The notes beneath the pieces were generated by a model. It had not been told where the DNA came from. It did not search any database and was given only the letters and a program-made list of their open reading frames with translations. The position numbers and the translations under genes were made by a program. A stretch of DNA of 64,000 bases from an uncultured candidate division Zixibacteria bacterium (GTDB lineage: Bacteria > Zixibacteria > MSB-5A5 > UBA10806 > 4484-95): contig CAXXKA010000001.1 of NCBI GenBank assembly GCA_963668625.2, positions 192,001-256,000 of the forward strand, read 5' to 3'. Positions 62,345 through 64,000 of the stretch are shown one piece after another; position 1 is the stretch's first letter, and each line of letters begins with the position of its first letter.

Positions 62345-64000
62345 ATGGCAACAGTCCAGATTAATCAAAAGAAAATAGCCAACTTTGAACTTCAGGAGCT
62401 TATTGGCGCCGGAGGTATGGCCAATATCTACCGGGGGACACAGCTTTCCCTGGAACGCCCGGTCGCCATTAAAGTATTACATCAACACCTCACTGTAAAC
62501 GAGGATTTCGTCAATCGTTTCAAGCAGGAGGCGAAACAAGCCGCCATATTGCAGCATCATAATATAGTATCCATAATCGACTATGGCCATCAGGATGGCG
62601 AGTATTTCATCGCCATGGAATATATTGACGGCCAGAATTTAAAAGAGGTACTGACCCGAATCAAGCGTTTCCCGCTTGAGGTTGCCATGTTGATTATCCG
62701 CGAGGTGGCCAACGGTTTGAAATACGCCCACAGCCACGGGCTGATTCATCGTGATATCAAACCGGCTAATATCATGCTTTCAAAAGATGGCCGGGTGGTT
62801 ATCACCGATTTCGGTATTGCTAAAACTTATGGTGACATGTCTATCACCGTAACCGGGCAAACTGTCGGTTCGCCGGCGTATATGTCGCCCGAACAGGCGG
62901 CGGGACGCCCGATAGACCACCGCTGCGATATATTTTCTCTGGGTATCGTATTCTATGAAATAATAACCGGCGAGAAACCATTCAAGGGAGAGACATACCA
63001 GGAGGCGATGACCAGCGTAATCTCGGCCACGCCGGCTAATCCAAGCAGCGTGCGCGTGGATGTTACCCCACCGATGGAAGATATCATGATAAAGCTTTTG
63101 CAGAAGGATATAGAAAGCCGCTTTCAGGACGCGGACGATATCGCCGAATCGCTGGGGGAGCAGTTAAGCAATTATATCATTCCCTCGGAGAAAAAAGTAG
63201 TGGCGGAGTTCGTGAAAAATCCGATACGCACGACCCAGAAATTGAGAAGCGACAGGATATCGAAACATATGGAATCGGCCCTGTATTATGTCAATATCGG
63301 GCATGGCCGTATGTCGGATGCTATCAAGGAATTCGAGAATGTTATCAGGTATGATAAAAACAACAAGCTGGCCAAGCAATACCTGGAGAAATTGAAATCC
63401 GGTCAGATCAATTTCGATAACTCACCGACATCCGCAAAGCATGGTTGGTTATTCTGGGTGATGGTTGTCGTTAGTTCGATTTCGATAATCGCGGCGATGG
63501 TGTTGCTTTCGCTACGTTTCCAGTCATTCGGTTCTGATGATACGACCGAGAATATTGCCGTAGGCGAAAATATCGAAGAACCGGTTGAAGATCAGATCGG
63601 GGAATCCGGCGAGCCATTTATCGAGGATATGACTTACGTGCCGCTGCCGCCGGTGGATGGCCCGAAAGTGCCGGAGGGATATTTCGAGTCTCAAAAACCG
63701 CCGATAGAAAAGTCAACCCAGAAATCGACCGGAAGCTCGAATACTAATACTAAAGCGACTAAGACCGGTACCTCGAAACCGAAACCGAAAGCTAAAGTAC
63801 CATCAAAGCCAAAAATAGATACGAGGTTTAACTATCCGAATCAGGATTTAAAGAAGTTCGGGCTTTTAAGTATAAAAAGCGATCCGCCGGCTAAATTCTC
63901 GGTCGACTTTAATGATTATGGCATGACCGACGGACCTGACATCAAATTAAAACCGGGCCGCCACCTGATAACCATAGAGGCTGCCGGCTATAAAACCGAG
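62345..64000 (+). CDS. Hanks-type Ser/Thr protein kinase with TPR-like segment, TM and PEGA-like domain (3'-truncated; absent from the ORF track)
   Basis: Manual translation: GAGGMANIY, VAIK, HRDIKPAN, DFG, YMSPEQ; TM WLFWVMVVV; GFLSIKSDPP. Confidence 0.92.
   Translation, partial: MATVQINQKKIANFELQELIGAGGMANIYRGTQLSLERPVAIKVLHQHLTVNEDFVNRFKQEAKQAAILQHHNIVSIIDYGHQDGEYFIAMEYIDGQNLKEVLTRIKRFPLEVAMLIIREVANGLKYAHSHGLIHRDIKPANIMLSKDGRVVITDFGIAKTYGDMSITVTGQTVGSPAYMSPEQAAGRPIDHRCDIFSLGIVFYEIITGEKPFKGETYQEAMTSVISATPANPSSVRVDVTPPMEDIMIKLLQKDIESRFQDADDIAESLGEQLSNYIIPSEKKVVAEFVKNPIRTTQKLRSDRISKHMESALYYVNIGHGRMSDAIKEFENVIRYDKNNKLAKQYLEKLKSGQINFDNSPTSAKHGWLFWVMVVVSSISIIAAMVLLSLRFQSFGSDDTTENIAVGENIEEPVEDQIGESGEPFIEDMTYVPLPPVDGPKVPEGYFESQKPPIEKSTQKSTGSSNTNTKATKTGTSKPKPKAKVPSKPKIDTRFNYPNQDLKKFGLLSIKSDPPAKFSVDFNDYGMTDGPDIKLKPGRHLITIEAAGYKTE

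Overview
Bacterial chromosomal window, mostly housekeeping genes on the + strand. A secreted protein with an 'QNYPNPFN'/FlgD-type C-terminal sorting domain, Bam/Lpt/Lol envelope genes and mcsA-mcsB-clpC suggest a diderm FCB-related lineage such as Zixibacteria (inference). Core blocks are lysS-lolE-lolD, mcsAB-clpC, rpmA-fumarase, tilS-hpt-ftsH-folE-folP-cdaA-obgE-dprA-ptsH-ptsI-pgi/pmi, metK-ahcY, lptFG, tgt-yajC-def-fmt-rng, rplU-bamA-skp-lpxD-trxA, and ccdA-anti-sigma followed by a Ser/Thr kinase. An accessory zone (about 13.2-25 kb) holds a mosaic of REP-like palindromes, a sigma54-preceded pilW-pilV-pilX operon, a dinB-dnaE2 cassette with a CTG-N10-CAG SOS-like box, and a histone-H1-like zinc-finger protein. 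The most notable sequence-level signals are: (1) folE, tgt and def have conserved N-termini upstream of any ATG/GTG/TTG, implying CTG/ATT, ATA and ATC/ATT starts; (2) a shared G(G/A)AAC-N18-GTT ECF-type promoter precedes mcsAB-clpC, trxA and ccdA plus an orphan zinc anti-sigma factor; (3) three enzyme or signalling homologs appear to have lost catalytic residues; (4) dprA is frameshifted in an A7 tract; (5) several intergenic regions look like structured RNAs. No rRNA, tRNA, CRISPR array or transposase was seen. All assignments come from reading motifs by eye; no searches were run.
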